Shown here in pieces: positions 63,349 to 64,000 of a stretch of 64,000 nucleotides of DNA. This stretch comes from Eledone cirrhosa (Eukaryota): the NCBI GenBank assembly GCA_964016885.1, contig OZ024755.1, positions 9,920,001 through 9,984,000 on the forward strand, in the 5' to 3' direction. The notes beneath the pieces are model-generated. The model had not been told where the DNA came from and did not search any database. It was given only the letters and a program-made list of their open reading frames with translations. A program made the position numbers and the translations under genes. Within the stretch, counting starts at the first letter, position 1. Each line of letters begins with the position of its first letter.

Positions 63349-64000
63349 TTATATCATTTTGTAAATTGTTTATGTTCAACATGGTTTCACTCTTAACACC
63401 CTGCAATAATTTAGTAGAGAATGTAAAAAACCCGGTTTGTTAATTCAAATGTTTATAGTATCTTTACTTGTATACAGATCACCATCATGTGAACATTTAT
63501 AGCATTAGATTAAAGCCATTTTTTTCTTTATTGTGCTACTGTCAATTAGGCTAAAAATAATGCTGTTTATGCGTGGTTATTAATTTATTACATAACAATT
63601 AGGTGTACTAAAATAATATTCGGTTCAGGACGTTAAGAGTTAATAAAGATATTTTTACATGGTTTTAAATGTGTGGAAATCACAGTCTTACAGTGTTACT
63701 CCTGTTATTTACAGTACATAACATGTAACATGTGAACATATTTGTGGGGGCGTCAGCAATTGTGCTGTGAATATTCCTACACATTCGAGGCAGGCAAGAA
63801 AGAATCTATTGTTTTTTATTTTTTTTATTTCCATATTGCCTTTAAAACACTGATTTGCTCTCACCCTACCCCTTTCACCTCGCCTTCACCATCGCCATAT
63901 ATCTGTGGTGCTATACGCTTCTTTTCAGTTCTTAGCACTCGACAAGAGGTGGGGAGACGATGACATTCCGACTTCCTGCTTATCACTTCTCTCCCTCCCC

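Overview
AT-rich, microsatellite-dense eukaryotic DNA. Its repeat landscape (tRNA-headed SINEs, RTE-clade LINE debris, TTAA-, TA- and 8-bp-TSD MITEs, Penelope-like terminal fragments) resembles an octopus/cephalopod genome; that assignment is inferred from repeat style, not from a database match. I find no intact protein-coding ORF, tRNA, rRNA or CRISPR array. Almost all ORF-track entries are simple-repeat or decayed-transposon read-throughs. The window looks intronic/intergenic, with long CpG-poor stretches alternating with CpG-retaining zones (~2.6-5.7, ~9.9-11.1, ~25-31, ~60.5-64 kb, judged by eye). The first zone has divergently oriented consensus splice donors, suggesting a possible bidirectional promoter. 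Most notable: (1) a 52-unit 35-bp satellite with higher-order repeats built from the end of a piggyBac-like MITE; (2) several minimal hammerhead-ribozyme-like motifs; (3) a SINE subfamily whose target-site duplications almost all start with ATTAT; (4) a SINE sharing its 3' tail with an RTE LINE copy that has a twin-priming-type 5' inversion; (5) an inverted-repeat element carrying two minisatellites; (6) multi-level nested insertions and long hairpins. I see no convincing novel protein-coding system. Boundaries of decayed repeats are approximate.
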